Source: Octopus sinensis (lineage: Eukaryota). Taken from it: 64,000 nucleotides of DNA. Position 1 is the stretch's first letter. Each line of letters begins with the position of its first letter. This document shows, piece by piece, positions 1 through 11,470 of the stretch. The notes under the pieces are model-generated. The model ran no database searches and was not told the DNA's origin. It saw only the letters and a program-made list of their open reading frames with translations. The stretch is taken from contig NC_043002.1 in the NCBI RefSeq assembly GCF_006345805.1, forward strand, positions 108,376,001 through 108,440,000. Reading direction: 5' to 3'. Both the position numbers and the translations under genes were made by a program.

Positions 1-194
1 CACGCCGGGCGAAATGCGTAGCCGTAACGTTCTGAGTTCAAATTCCACCGAGGTCGACTTTGCCTTTCATCCTTTCGGGGTCGATTAAATAAGTACCAGT
101 TACGCACTGGGGTCGATGTAATCGACTTAATACCTATGTCTGTCCTTGTTTGTCTCCTCTATGTTTAGCCCCTTGTGGGTAATAAAGAAATAGG
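1..194 (+). mobile_element. tRNA-derived SINE, family A, long-tail variant A2 (cut by window edge)
   Basis: B-box-like GAGTTCAAATTCC, then CCTTTCATCCTTTCGGGGTCGAT-AAATAAGTACCAG (resembles the MetaSINE central domain, from memory), tail CCCCTTGTGGGTAATAAAGAAATA. More than 10 related copies in the window. Confidence 0.9.
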
Positions 195-329
195 TATGCT
201 TGCATGAAATCATTGAAGCATTCAGGAAGATGGCCAAGCTAAGCTATCTGTAAGATCAACATTGACCATGATGGTCACAAGTGCAATAAAAAAGAAGACT
301 CTTAAATTAGAGATACACCTGAGATAACA

Positions 330-530
330 ACAAATCAACAGGGAAACCTCTATTGGGTAGATACACCTGATAGAAATAGCAGTCAAATTTCCCTTAAATC
401 ACAAGCTGCTGTCTTAAGAAGACATAGGCTAATGTACTTTGAGAAACCATGCCTGGAGAAAAAATGACAGGGTGGTCATGAGTGGGTCTTTAATGAAATG
501 TTTGCTGAATCAAGACTGAACAACAACAGT
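330..530 (+). repeat. Unclassified interspersed repeat (family D) ending in (AAC)n
   Basis: GAAACCTCTATTGGG..ACCTG.TAGAAATAGCAG.CAAAT.TCCCT.AAATCA motif. Decayed relatives near 8270-8450, 17570-17735, 21110-21310, 51810-51960 and 57700-57900. Confidence 0.6.
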
Positions 531-926
531 AGTGTTTTGAAGATAATCAAGGGGCTGGAAAAGAAACTATTTGGGAAGAGATGAGCAAATAAGACGAATG
601 ATCACTGCTTGAATATCTTTCATCATAGTTCTGGTTAATTAAGTTATTGTTTAGCACGGAGCTAAACAATAACTGTAACTATTTAAAGTTGTTTATCTTT
701 ACTAAAAGATTCTTTCAGGAGAATAGGTTATCTCTCATGACTGGAAGCTTCTAAATTAGATGTCAAATATACTTCGAATTCCTTCCTGGAATGCCTCAGT
801 TACTTTTAGAAGACTCTTACCACCACCATTGAAGTCTGCTTTTGATTCCATTCCCAAAGTTATTTCCCTTGCTTTTTTTGACCAGAATTTTGCTGCATTC
901 TGTTTTTAATATATAACTCCTAGGAA

Positions 927-1335
927 AGTGGTGAGTTGGCAGAAACATTAGCATGGCAAGTGAAATTCTTAGTTCAAATTCTGCCGAGGTCGACTTTGCC
1001 TTTCATCCTTTTGGGGTTGATAGATTAAGTACCAGTTGCCTACTGGGGTCGATATAATTGACTGGCCCCCTTCCCAAAAATGTTGGGCCTTATGCTTAGA
1101 ATAGAAAAGATTATCTAAAAGGCAGCAAGCTGGCAGAAATGTTAGCATGCCGGGTGAAATGCTTCGCAGTTTTTTATCTGTCTTTACATTCTGAGTTCAA
1201 ATTCCGTCGAGGTCAACTTTGCCTTTCATCCTTTCAGAGTCGATAAATTAAGTACCAGTTGCATACTGGTATCGATCTAATCGACTGGCCCCCTTCCCCA
1301 AAAAATTTTAGGCCTTGTGCCTAGAGTAGAAAACT
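927..1335 (+). mobile_element. Two head-to-tail SINE-A copies (variant A1)
   Basis: Both have the CTGGCAGAAA..TTAGCA head, the GTTCAAATTC B box, the shared central domain and a GGCCTT.TGC.TAGA.TAGAAAA tail. Confidence 0.9.
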
Positions 1336-2374
1336 ATATATAACTCCTAAGATTATCTCCCTTGTCCTTTTGACCAGAATTTAGCTGAGTTTGTTTTCCT
1401 TCTTACTAGAAGTGTAATTTACATTTCCCTGGTTCACTGCATTAAATATTTAAGTTGCAAATATTACAGTTAAGTGAATGCTAAAAACAAAAACTGACTC
1501 GTTGACACACTTTTTAATGCTGTCTTCTCATTTACTGCCATAAAAATTCTCTAAATGTTACAAAGCAGACAAAGAAATATGCCACCACAAATAATTGGAC
1601 CAGCAGATAATTTCCTTTAATGGACTACACTGAATAAGTTCATCTTAAACATTTATCATCTTCAGATATTTAATGTCTTCAAATGTCTGCTGAATTTTTG
1701 TTAAAGTCTCCTCACAATTTATATTTTTCCATTTATTTATCATTTAAATATAACAACCAGTCAGCTGTGAGCAGTCAGGTGTGAAGAGCCAAATATAATC
1801 AACCAAGCATGACCAGTGACTGAAGCAGATTCCTAATTCCCTGATCTATTCCAGGCAACAGCAAAAATGTTATATAAACTAGATATTTCTAGCATAACAT
1901 GCTTGTTTAGGTATTTTTGTTTTTGCCTTTTTTGTATCATTATAATAAGCACAAAAAATAGTGGTGGAAGAGCTTAAGCCTTCGTCTAAATAGAACAAAG
2001 TTTAGCTTTCTAAATATTAGCTGTTTTGGTTTGATTCGCACCAAGTAATTTATAGTTTAGTTAGAAATACCCAGAAAAAGCAAAAAAAAAAAACAAAAAC
2101 AAAAAAAAACAGTTTCTATTAGTTGTTAACAGTTAAGGTAGGCTAACTTGATAAGTATTTGTTTCTTAGATAAGCATGAAAAGTGGGGTCTTTAAAGGGA
2201 ACATTAAAATATTTACAATCATGCCTTTTTAAAGAGTTTTAGCCATGTAAGTGAAGCGAGGTGATCCCAAAAATAAATTAAAACTGTGTTGCCCCTTCCA
2301 CACCAACTGACAATAAACAGGCAATGAAAACTCTGAACAAGAAATTGAAGACTTAAATTGCAGCATTTGTAAGC

Positions 2375-2760
2375 TTGACTATTAGTTGGGTAGGAAGAAA
2401 CTGGCTAGGAATTACAACCGTGTTTTGTGGTCTGCTTCCACAACAGCTCCTTTATAGGATCCAGTTAGCTCAATACATCATCAGGAGGAACCACATCCGG
2501 TTTTGGCCCCTACTCCTCTACCGTTTTGACGTGGCAGCCCCCCACCCCTTTCGGAGGTGTCTTCAGCTCCGGTGTTGGGTGCATGTCTTCTTTCTTCTCT
2601 CTTCAGTTCCCTGGCCACTTCAGTGTAGCGTCAACGAGTGTCAGCCGGCGACTGACTGACTCATCAAATTTTTTCCCTTTAAATACCTGCCACTAGGCTC
2701 CAGCAGGCAGCCCCAGCAAGTTGTCACGTGACACTGTCTCAACTTTAACTGACCAATGAA
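2375..2760 (-). mobile_element. LTR- or Penelope pLTR-like GC-rich segment with promoter-like motifs
   Basis: Minus strand reads ATTGG (CCAAT), GTCACGTGAC, TATTTAAA and TCAGTC in promoter order, then CTGAAGA and CTGATGA motifs with decayed (G)AAAC partners. No second copy in the window. Confidence 0.4.
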
Positions 2761-3180
2761 GGTGCAATGGCAGTGAATCATCAATTTTAAGCACAGGACC
2801 CAAAGAGGTAGCTTCAACCCTAGGCATTTTCAACCATTATATCATTGTATAACTATCAGAAGTTTTTGAGGCTGGGTCAGAAAATGCCAGGATATTTAGA
2901 CAACCTGAATGTTTCTGATGCATTTCACTGGTGCATTTTGCATTTCGTTGCAGCAAAGTGCAATGCATGCACCCATGTCTGATTGAAATCAATTTTAAAA
3001 CTGTTACAAATCTGCTGCTATGCTGTAAAACTTTCAGCATCTTATTCAGTGCACCAGAGATCAAAACAACATGAACAACACAACACAGTTGCTTGTCTTT
3101 TAGCAACAGCAACCAATTTCTCTTACATTTTATTGTTCTATCTTCAATGGAATGGAACTGCATATATTGGAATATAGTAT

Positions 3181-3571
3181 TTTCTACTCTAGGCATAAAA
3201 CCTGAAATTTCGCAGGGAGGGGGCCAGTTGGTTAGATCGACACCAGTACAGGTACTTAATCTATCGACCCCGAAAGGATGAAAGGCAAAGTCAACCTAAG
3301 TGGAATTTGAACTCAGAACGTAAGGACAAACGAAATATCTATTTCTTTACTACCCACAAGAGGCTAAACACAGAGGGGACAAACAAGGACAGACAAATGG
3401 ATTAAGTCGATTACATCGACCTCAGTGCATAACTGGTACTTATTTAATAGACCCCCAAAAGAATGAAAGGCAAAGTCGACCTCGGCAGAATTTGAACTCA
3501 GAACGTAGCGGTAGACGAAATACCGCAAAGCATTTCACCTGGCGTGCTAATGTTTCTGCCAGCTCACCGCC
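3181..3571 (-). mobile_element. Dimeric SINE-A (full A2 plus 3' part of A1)
   Basis: A2 at 3340-3571 runs into an A1 body at 3181-3339. TTGGAATATAGTA occurs at 3167-3179 and 3577-3589, flanking the whole composite. Confidence 0.85.
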
Positions 3572-4226
3572 TTTATTTGGAATATAGTAGCAGTGTCTTG
3601 GAGACAGTGTGTTAAAATAAGAATAGAACTATTATGGTTAGAATGTCTTTGATTGGAGGGATTTTTTCCACCATCAAGACTTACCTGGAGCTAAAACAAC
3701 AACAACTTGAGTTCAAGTCACAGCAAATATTTTATGCAATTAAACTCCTTGTTTATGTCCACTTAACTGTTGGAAATAGTTACCAGATCACCAAGTGGAA
3801 TCTTCGCATACAAGGCTCAAGTAATAGCATACCAGAGCTCATACCTGTTCAAAGGTGATAAAGGATCCAGAGGACAGGTGTGAAATGTATTTTAATGTTA
3901 AATACAACTGATTTATGTATGGTTAAGGTTATATATATGTACCTGTATATAAATTAGCCACATATAGGATTTTTGTTTTATAAGAATGCATCTTCAGATT
4001 CAGACAAAAAGCTTAATTCATAAGAAATCAAAGCTGTGCTCACAGCCGCAAAAATTTTCACTCTTAAGGAATCAGCAATGGAAGAACACATAGAAGAGTG
4101 TTAGAAGAAAAAATAATGAGTGAAACATGCATATGGGTGGTTGAGTAGATAGACAGACATCATATATTCCAGACAGATACAGATAAATAGATATGCATAT
4201 ATGTAATATATGCAATGATGATTGAT

Positions 4227-4425
4227 TCTTTTACTCTTTTACTTGTTTCAGTCATTTGACTGCGGCCATGCTGGAGCACCGCCTTTAGTCGAGCAAATTG
4301 ACCCTGGGACTTATTCTTTGTAAGCCCAGTACTTATTCTATCGGTCTCTTTTGCCGAACTGTTAAGTGACGGGGACGTAAACACACCAGCATCGGTTGTC
4401 AAGCAATGCTAGGGGCACAAACACA

Positions 4426-4488
<63 letters not shown>

Positions 4489-4640
4489 GACAGGCTTCTT
4501 TCAGTTTCCGTCTACCAAATCCACTCACAAGGCATTGGTTGGCCCGGGGCTATAGCAGAAGACACTTGCCCAAGATGCCACGCAGTGGGACTGAACCCGG
4601 AACCATGTGGTTGGTTAGCAAGCTACTTACCACACAGCCA
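4227..4640 (-). mobile_element. tRNA-derived SINE, family B, with internal (CA)n(TA)n and CR1-like tail
   Basis: Minus strand: TGGCTGTGTGGTAAG A-box and GGGTTCAGTCCC B-box, internal microsatellite, tail GGCGGTGCTCCAGCATGGCCGCAGTCAAATGACTGAAACAAGTAAAAGAGT. About 20 copies or fragments in the window. Confidence 0.92.
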
Positions 4641-4917
4641 CAATCCAAACACTCTCAAATTTATATTTTGAAATGCTGCTCTGAAGATGACCAAGTAAGT
4701 AAGTATAACTTTATTTTAATCTCGAAACGCGTATGTAGCTAATCTCAGTTATGAGGATTCGTTATTTTTTCTTTTTGCCTACGTAAAAAAGTGTGCTACT
4801 GTCTGGGAGATCATTGTGGTAGTAGAAAGGGCATTTTAACTCCTATTTCTAAATTCAGTGCATGGCGAAGCAATTAGCTGACCCCTGATTATAATTATAT
4901 TCTCTCTTTTCTCACTT

Positions 4918-5290
4918 TACTCTTTTATTTGTTTCAGTCATTTGACTGTGGCTATGCTGGAGCACCACCTTTAGTCGAGCAAATCAACCCCAGGACTTAT
5001 TCTTTGTAAGCTTAGTACTTATTCTATCGGGCTCTTTTGCCGAACCACTAAGTTACGGAGACAAACACACCAGCATTGGTTGTCAAGTGATGTTGCGGGG
5101 ACAAACACATACATATATGCATATATACGATGAGCTTCTTTCTGTTTCCGTCTACCAAATCCACTCACAAGGCTTTGGTCAGCCCAAGGCTATAGTAGAA
5201 GACACTTGCCCAAGGTGCCACACAATAGGACTGAACCTGGAACCATGTGGTTGGTAAGCAAGCTACTTACCACACAGCCACTCCTACGCT
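4918..5290 (-). mobile_element. SINE-B copy
   Basis: Colinear with 4227-4640. Confidence 0.9.
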
Positions 5291-6071
5291 TATTATGTTT
5301 ATAATTATAGAATATTTGTATAATTTTACCTAAAAAAGATTATTTTAACGAACCAAACTACTTGGTAAAATTATTAATTATTAATTAATTAATTGATTAA
5401 TTAATTAATTACTTTTACCCTTTTATCATTATTGAAATATATGCAATATATGTGTAGTCATTAGCCCAGCGCAATGGTTTACGCAGACACACCATTCAAA
5501 TCTCACAGGAATTATTACAGTTTTTTTTCCCATCATTTTCAATATTATTAAATATTATAATGTATTAGTCACTGCACTCAGCTTTGTGAATAGGAATGTG
5601 AAAACATAAGTTATTGCTGCTGTTTAACCAGGTTATTATTGTTTGAATAGATTAATGATTAAAGGTATTCACCCTGCCCAAATACACATATCCCTTCCCC
5701 TTGATGAGATGATAGGGAGTAACTGGAAGGAGATTTGGTTGCCATTTCTAACTGGTCAATCAGTCAGGTAGAAGTTATATTTTGCTTCATAGAGTTATTG
5801 CTAAGATACAGAATTTTTTTAAAATTCAAAGATATCTCCATAAGCAAAGAATAAAGAGAGACAGAGACAGACAAGCCGACAAGCAGACAGGGAAAGAAAA
5901 AGATAATGCAAGATAAATATTTAGTTTAGAGTATATTTGAGATTATTTCAAATCAATCAAAACAATATGCATATAAATGTAGCTCTGTAATGCAAATGCT
6001 TTTAGTAAAACTGCAAACATGTTTGCACTATTTATATATATTCACAAGGTCAGTGAAGGTTAAATATGCAA

Positions 6072-6768
6072 CATTCCAGAATAACATTATGGCATAGATA
6101 TCATTCCAGAATGATACAACAGTGTTACTATCATTCCAGAATTATAATACAATTTCAAAATGATAATAAATCCAGCACAACTACCATTGCAGAATTACAA
6201 CAGAACATCAATATTGATCCAAAGTTATAACACCAACACTATCATTCCAAAATAATTATCCTGTGCTGATTCTGGAATGGTAGTAGTGTTATGGAGGCGC
6301 AATGGCCCAGTGGTTAGGGCAGCGGACTCGCGGTCATAGGATCGCAGTTTCGATTCCCAGACCGGGCGTTGTGAGTGTTTATTGAGCGAAAACACCTAAA
6401 GCTCCACGAGGCTCCGGCAGGGGATGGTGGTGATCCCTGCTGTACTCTTTCACCACAACTTTCTCTCACTCTTACTTCCTGTTTCTGTTGTACCTGTATT
6501 TCAAAGGGCCGGCCTTATCACTCTCTGTGTCACGCTGACTATCCCCGAGAACTACGTTAAGGGTGCACATGTCTGTGGAGTGCTCAGCCACTTACACGTT
6601 AATTTTATGAGCAGGCTGTTCCGTTGATTCGGATCAACTGGAACCCTCATCGTCGTAACCGACAGAGTGCTTCCATCCAGTAGTGTTATGCTATCATTCT
6701 GGAATGATAATATAGCAGCACCATTACCATTCCAGAATTATAATTGAGCATCAATATCATTCCAGAAT
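6072..6768. repeat. Degenerate ~30-bp minisatellite built on CATTCCAGAAT, interrupted by a SINE
   Basis: Motif at 6072, 6102, 6132, 6185, 6243, 6269 (inverted), 6695, 6728 and 6758. Confidence 0.8.
6294..6678 (+). mobile_element. tRNA-derived SINE, family E, tail type 1 (possibly one of the octopus OR families)
   Basis: tRNA-like head TGGCCCAGTGGTTAGG..GGTTTCGATTCCC. 12-bp TSD AGTAGTGTTATG at 6282-6293 and 6679-6690. Near-identical copy at 50204-50592. Confidence 0.92.
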
Positions 6769-7069
6769 CATTGTACAGAGTACAAAGGATAAATTGTCAC
6801 AATTTTATATTTTTAATTTTGTGCATGCACATTGCTTGCTTTGATTTTTTTCGACTACACAGTATAGTAGGGTCAGTTGGGCACTGTCTGTGAAAAAAAA
6901 CAGCACCATGACACAATTCACTCTGCCAGAAATTTGGAAATGACATGCTTCACACTGGAAGCTACAGTAAGACTCTTATCTCTATCCTTCTATTATACTT
7001 CTCAACTGGCACAAATCCACATCCCTCTATACCACATCCCTCTCCCAGGTGAGGGTTTTTTGTTGGGTA

Positions 7070-7797
7070 ACACTGCTGGTACCACATAAAAAGCACCCAG
7101 TACACTTTGTAAAGTGGTTGGTATTCAGAAGGACATCTGGCCATAGAAACCATGCCAAAGTAGACAAAGGAGTCTGGGGCAGTTCTCTGGCCTGCCAGTT
7201 CTTGTCAAACTGTCCAACCTATCTCAGCTTGGAAAACGGATGTTAAATGATGATGATGAGGAATTAAAATTTAAGATCCTCCCCAAGCAATGACAACTTG
7301 CCTAACCAAGGATTATCTATCTCATTTAGAAGTTCTAATCACAATCATATTCATTCAAGGTGGCACGTAAAAAGCACCCACTACACTCTCGGAGTGGTTA
7401 GCATTAGGAAGGGCATCCAGCTGCAGAAACCTTGCCAAATCAGATCAAAGCCTGGTGCAGCCTCCTGGCTTGCCAGTCATCAGTCAAACCTATTTCTTTA
7501 CTACCCACAAGGGGCTAAACACAGAGAGGACAAACAAGGACAAACAAACAGATTAAATCGATTACATCCACCCCAGTGCGTAACTGGTACTTAATTTATC
7601 GACCCCAAAAGGATGAAAGGCAAAGTTGACCTCGGCGGAATTTGAACTCAGAACGGCATGACAGACGAAATACGGCTACGCATTTCGCCCGGCGTGCTAA
7701 CGTTTCTGCCAGCTCGCCACCAGTCATCAGTCAAACCGTCCAACCCATGCCAGCATGGAAAGCGGATGTTAAACGATGATGATGATGATGATGATGA
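7070..7797 (+). mobile_element. Two 3'-UTR fragments of RTE family 1 (7070-7260 and 7350-7797)
   Basis: AAAAAGCACCC..GGTTGG..AGGAAGGGCATCCAGC..CCAACCCATGC.AGCATGGAAA..(GAT)n. The same sequence is the 3' UTR of the RT-coding copies at 13733-15475 and 22886-23703. Confidence 0.88.
7491..7719 (-). mobile_element. Young SINE-A2 nested in an RTE 3' UTR
   Basis: Perfect 18-bp TSD CCAGTCATCAGTCAAACC at 7473-7490 and 7720-7737. CpGs retained. Confidence 0.95.
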
Positions 7798-7932
7798 AGG
7801 AAAGTCAGTCACTGAAGCCAAAGATTTCCTTCAATCATCGCATTTTAAGAGTTTTCTTATTTCTTCCTCCACATCCAAATGAAAGTCTAGACATGGCTAA
7901 ATACACAAATTCTTAGCAGTCATCAATTTTAA

Positions 7933-8153
7933 CCCTTTCGTTACTGTATTTATTTTGAGATGCTCTGTGTTTGTTTTAATTACTTTAAATATAACAAAGA
8001 CTTTAGTAAAATAACTTAGTTATCATTCAGCTAGTGTTAGGAACATAAATTGTGATGAAGGTTTGGTGGAAGATTTTAATTCAAAACTTATGAAAACAAG
8101 ACCTTTGTACTACAAAGCCAGAGGCGGTTTCAACCGGGTTGGTATCAAAAGAG
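7933..8153. mobile_element. piggyBac-type MITE (~220 bp)
   Basis: TTAA on both sides, termini CCCTTTCG..G.TA.C.AAAGRG. Copies at 17169-17388, 34547-34767 and 41422-41642. Confidence 0.88.
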
Positions 8154-8601
8154 TTAATAGTTTCACTGCTTGTGTCATGAGGGATTTGCAAGGTATGTGG
8201 ACTGAGCTAGCAATTGTCATACCTTAGCATGGGACTCAGAATGGTTATCTTGGCTGTTCTTGTTCTTGTTGTTGTTGTTTAGCCTATATGTGGGTCCAAT
8301 TTAAACAGACATAATAAAAAGTATTCCATTTATGCCAAGGTTGAGTGTACCTTAGATTAAATCACTTCTTTTGCCTGTTTATAGAATGGTGTAATTTAAG
8401 AGAAATTTAGCCACCATTTCTAACATACGGAGCGACACATATAGGCCCCTTTTTGCTGGCTTGTGATATGAACAGTCATCAACAACATATCAATTTTTGT
8501 TGATGAAACCAACGGCAAAAGACATTCCAGCCATGACAGTCCTATCTTAATTTCAGTTGTATATGTAATTCTAAATGCACTGTTTTCTTTTCTTTAACAG
8601 T

Positions 8602-9384
8602 ATAGGCATAGGAGTGGCTGGTTCCAGGTTCAGTCCCACTTCATAGCACCTTGAGCAAGCGTCTTCTACTATAGCCTTGGGCCGACCAAAGCCTTGTGAG
8701 TGGATTTGGTAGATGGAAACTGAAAGAAGCCCGTCATATATATGAATATATATATATATATGTACGTGTGTGTATATGTTTGTGTGTCTGTGTTTGTCGC
8801 CCCCAACATCACTTGACAACTGATGCTAGTGTGTTTATGTCCCCGTACCTTAGCGGTTCAGCAAAAGAGACCGACAGAATAGGTACTAGGCTTACAAAGA
8901 ATAAGTCTTGGGGTCAATTTGCTCGACTAAAGGCGGTGCTCCAGCATGGCCACAGTCAAATCACTGAAACAAGTAAAAAAGTTACTCTTTTACTCGTTTA
9001 CTTGTTTCAGTCATTTGACTGCGGCCATGCTGGAGCACCGCCTTTTAGTAGAGCAAATCGAGCCTGGGATTTATTCTTTGTAAGCCCAGTACTTATTCTA
9101 TTGGTCTCTTTTGCTGAACCGCTAAGTGACGGGGACGTAAACACACCAGCATCGGTTGTCAAGCAATGCTAGGGGGACAAACACACACACATACATATAT
9201 ATATATATATGCATATATACGACAGGCTTCTTTCAGTTTCCATCTACCAAATCCACTCACAAGGCATTGGCCGGCCTGGGGCTATAGCAGAAGACACTTG
9301 CCGAAGATGCCACGCAGTGGGACTGAACCCGGAACCATGTGTTTGGTAAACAAGCTACTTACCACAGAGCCACTCCTGCGTATA
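8602..9384. mobile_element. Tail-to-tail pair of SINE-B (8602-8981 plus, 8982-9384 minus)
   Basis: GAAACAAGTAAAAAAG abuts TTACTCTTTTACTCGTTTACTTGTTTC with essentially no spacer. Confidence 0.9.
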
Positions 9385-9904
9385 ATTTGAGAGATTTAGC
9401 CTCTATTTCTAGTAGGCTAAATGACCACATAGAAGCTCCCCAATCTTTTAATCTGGCACCCTACTGACAGAGACAGAATCACACTGTGATTTGCAGCACA
9501 TACAGAACAGGATCCTTGTTTATCACAAGTTAATTAAGCTAATAACCTTCCTTCTGCTCGCTGGCTTCCAACTGGTTTTCTTTAATATTGCAGCAGACAA
9601 TGAAAATAATGTCGGTGCAGTCCAAATGACTCACTTCAGAAAAATAAGAAAATGTAGGTACTTTCTTCCTAATAAAAGAAAATCTGTACAACACTGCTCA
9701 GGATAAATATTATTATTAGGTCACATCTACTTAAATCTTCATCTTAATGTATTCTTTTCCATGCTTACTTGGGTCAAACAGATTTCATTGAAGCAGATTT
9801 TCTGTGTCTGGAGGCTCTTCCCGTCACTAACCCTTCACCTGTTTTCTCATGGGCAGACAGGTTTTTCATAAACAACTGGAAAATGAACATTATTCGTTTA
9901 CACA

Positions 9905-10385
9905 AAAGCACCATTCAAGCATGACCGATGCCAGTGCCACCTGTACTGGTAGCACATAAAAAGCACCATTTGAGCATGGTCAATGCCAGTGCCGCCTGAC
10001 TGGCACCCATGCCAGTGACCTGTAAAAAGCACCTACTACACTCTCAGAGTGTAGCATCCAGCTGTAGAAACCTTGCCAAATCAGATCGGAGCCTAGTGCA
10101 GCCTCCCGGCTTGCCAGTCATCAGCCAAACCATCCAACCCATGCCAGCATGGAAAGCAGATGATGATGATGACATGATGTCAAGACAAGGGTACACACAC
10201 AAACATCAAATCATCATAATTTAACATCACCTTTTCTATACTGGCATAGGTTGGCTGATTCAATAGGAACCAACGAACCAGACAGCTGTGCTGAGCTCCA
10301 ATGTCTACTTTGGCAAGACTTCTTTCCTTAGATACCCTTCCAAACTCCAACCACTTGACAAATTTTGTCGACAAATCCACTCACA
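9905..10385. mobile_element. Tail-to-tail pair of RTE family 1 3'-UTR fragments
   Basis: Plus copy ends in (GAT)n near 10172. A decayed minus copy starts with CATCAT..TTTAAC near 10210. Confidence 0.75.
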
Positions 10386-10953
10386 AGGATTTGGTTAGCG
10401 CAGGAAATATAGTATTAAGTATCTGCCTGAATTCCCCCACAGAGGGATTGAACCTGAAGTCACCTGGTTGTGAAGCAGGGTTCTTAACCACACACTGGAT
10501 CATTAAAAAAAAAAAGAGGCAAAGTACATGTAATATATAGCTGTGAATATTTTTAGAGCCACCCCAGTGTTGTGTCCTGGCAGACATTTTTTGAGTTAAT
10601 CCATATTCTAAACTAACAGAAACATAATTTTCCCAAAAGTGAATGACACAATCCATTTGAGAAAAGAAATCCTGCCATTTTACCATTGTTGAACAGGTTA
10701 AGTTACAATTAGGACAAAGGGTTATTTGTACACATCTTTAATTACATCTCAAAACTATACAAACAATTTACACATGCCTTCTTTGCACATACTCCCACCT
10801 ATCCATATAATATACACTACCGTCAGAAATTAATTAGCACCCTTGATTTGCTCTTCACTCAAGGTATGTGCTGTCACCTAGTGGCCATATCTCGAACTAT
10901 TGCTTTGTTGTGAGTTCACTGTTGCGCAGAACGATGACGTAACTTGTTTGCAG

Positions 10954-11050
10954 AGCAGTTTGAGAGTCTACAGCCTTATGATGTTGACATAGCAGTGCAA
11001 CAACTTGGAGTGCGGATGCAGACAAATCTTCCTTTGTTTAATAGATATAG
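10954..11050 (+). CDS. Possible internal exon (97 nt; QFESLQPYDVDIAVQQLGVRMQTNLPLFNRY), product unknown
   Basis: TTGTTTGCAG acceptor, open frame and AG/GTAGCG donor (weak), in unique CpG-retaining sequence. No protein family recognised. Confidence 0.25.
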
Positions 11051-11214
11051 GTAGCGCCTCGCAAGGACCGAAATCACACCATACTAAGTTTTCTCATCAC
11101 GTAAGACGTTTTGAACAGCTCATAGGTTAATTGATTTAACCTATTTAATGTAGAAATTTGAGAAGTGCTAATTAATTTCTGACGCAAGTGTAATGTGATC
11201 TAGGATAACCATGC

Positions 11215-11470
11215 AGTACAGACACATAGCTTAGTGGTTAGAGTGTTGGACTCATGGTTCGATTCCTGTATCAGGCGATGCCTTATGTTCTTGAGCAAAA
11301 CACTTCATTTCATGTTGCTCCAGTCCACTCAGCTGGTAAAAAAGAGTAATCCTGCAAAGGACTAACATCCCATCCAGGGAAGAATGTATACACTAGAGCA
11401 ACTGGCCCTATGCACCTTACAGAGTAATGTGGACTAGCCAGGGTAACCATATAGGTCTTCTATAGTAAAA
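11215..11470 (+). mobile_element. Old tRNA-headed SINE, V-SINE-like
   Basis: GCTTAGTGGTTAGAG A-box, GGTTCGATTCC B-box, TGT.CTTGAGCAA.ACACTT..TTGCTCC and ATCCCATCCAGGG motifs. Related head at 24160-24478 (minus). Confidence 0.65.

Noticed and set aside
2837-3196. 119-aa minus ORF, possible transposase relic
   Set aside because: No diagnostic motif could be confirmed, and other frames are full of stops.
6294-6370. tRNA-like sequences (also 42530-42601, 50204-50275 and the SINE-A and SINE-B heads)
   Set aside because: These are SINE heads with A and B boxes, without a full acceptor stem, embedded in TSD-flanked elements.
8161-8192. EGF-like micro-exon FHCLCHEGFA with GTATGT donor
   Set aside because: Only 32 nt, lacks the expected Gly, has a MITE over the acceptor region, and has no supporting neighbouring exons.
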